Program-made: the position numbers and the translations under genes
In this document: positions 63,814-64,000 of the stretch, in pieces
Numbering within the stretch: the first letter of the stretch is position 1
How the letters are laid out: every line of letters begins with the position of its first letter
Source: Cystobasidiomycetes sp. EMM_F5
Taxonomy: Eukaryota
NCBI GenBank assembly: GCA_051047955.1
Contig: JBPGPT010000010.1
Location: 62,001-126,000, forward strand
Reading direction: 5' to 3'
Length of the DNA: 64,000 bases
The notes under the pieces: model-generated
The model's input: only the letters and a program-made list of their open reading frames with translations
What the model was told of the DNA's origin: nothing
The model's database searches: none

Positions 63814-64000
63814 CGCATGTGTACAGTCATGGGCTGGTCATTTGGTAGTGACCTGTGAGACATGGACAGGCGTGGCAAACGAGCAATGACGGATTGGACC
63901 GTAGGCGTTGACACGCTTTGTACGGATTATGCCGGAGCAGACTCTTTCGTCTCTCATTATGCATTGCGAATACAACTACTACTCCTCGAACGTTGGACTC

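Noticed and set aside
1..64000. Many overlapping and antisense ORFs; tRNA, rRNA, CRISPR, transposase/RT, telomeric arrays
   Set aside because: The ORFs are shadows of real exons at ~50% GC; no diagnostic motifs or arrays were recognised by eye.

Overview
Gene-dense, intron-rich (mostly 45-75 nt GT-AG introns) eukaryotic DNA from a basidiomycete fungus, probably a Pucciniomycotina-type yeast (taxon inferred, not proven). About 31 protein-coding genes can be reconstructed by manual splicing; most ORFs in the six-frame track are exon fragments or antisense shadows. The best-supported landmark is a homeodomain mating-type (HD/b-type) locus: divergent HD1 (53787-52715, -) and HD2 (53962-55478, +) genes, flanked by a mitochondrial carrier and an amino-acid permease, with no pheromone or STE3 receptor gene recognised in the window. 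Housekeeping genes include ALE1, NDUFA8, UTP15, BCS1, MIX23, STS1, RXT2, FOL1, RSE1, APC10, LTO1 and NVJ2. Less obvious candidates that only appear after splicing: a tail-anchored coiled-coil protein with a TRAK/BICD-like CC1 box (possible new dynein adaptor), an Elongin-B-like ubiquitin-fold protein, and tandem ACC-synthase-like paralogs, one of which lacks the conserved Glu of the xxGxAEN motif. BCS1 and a nitronate monooxygenase gene are separated by only 49 bp. No tRNA, rRNA, transposon or CRISPR was recognised. Gene boundaries come from manual splicing and family calls from motif recognition; no database search was run.
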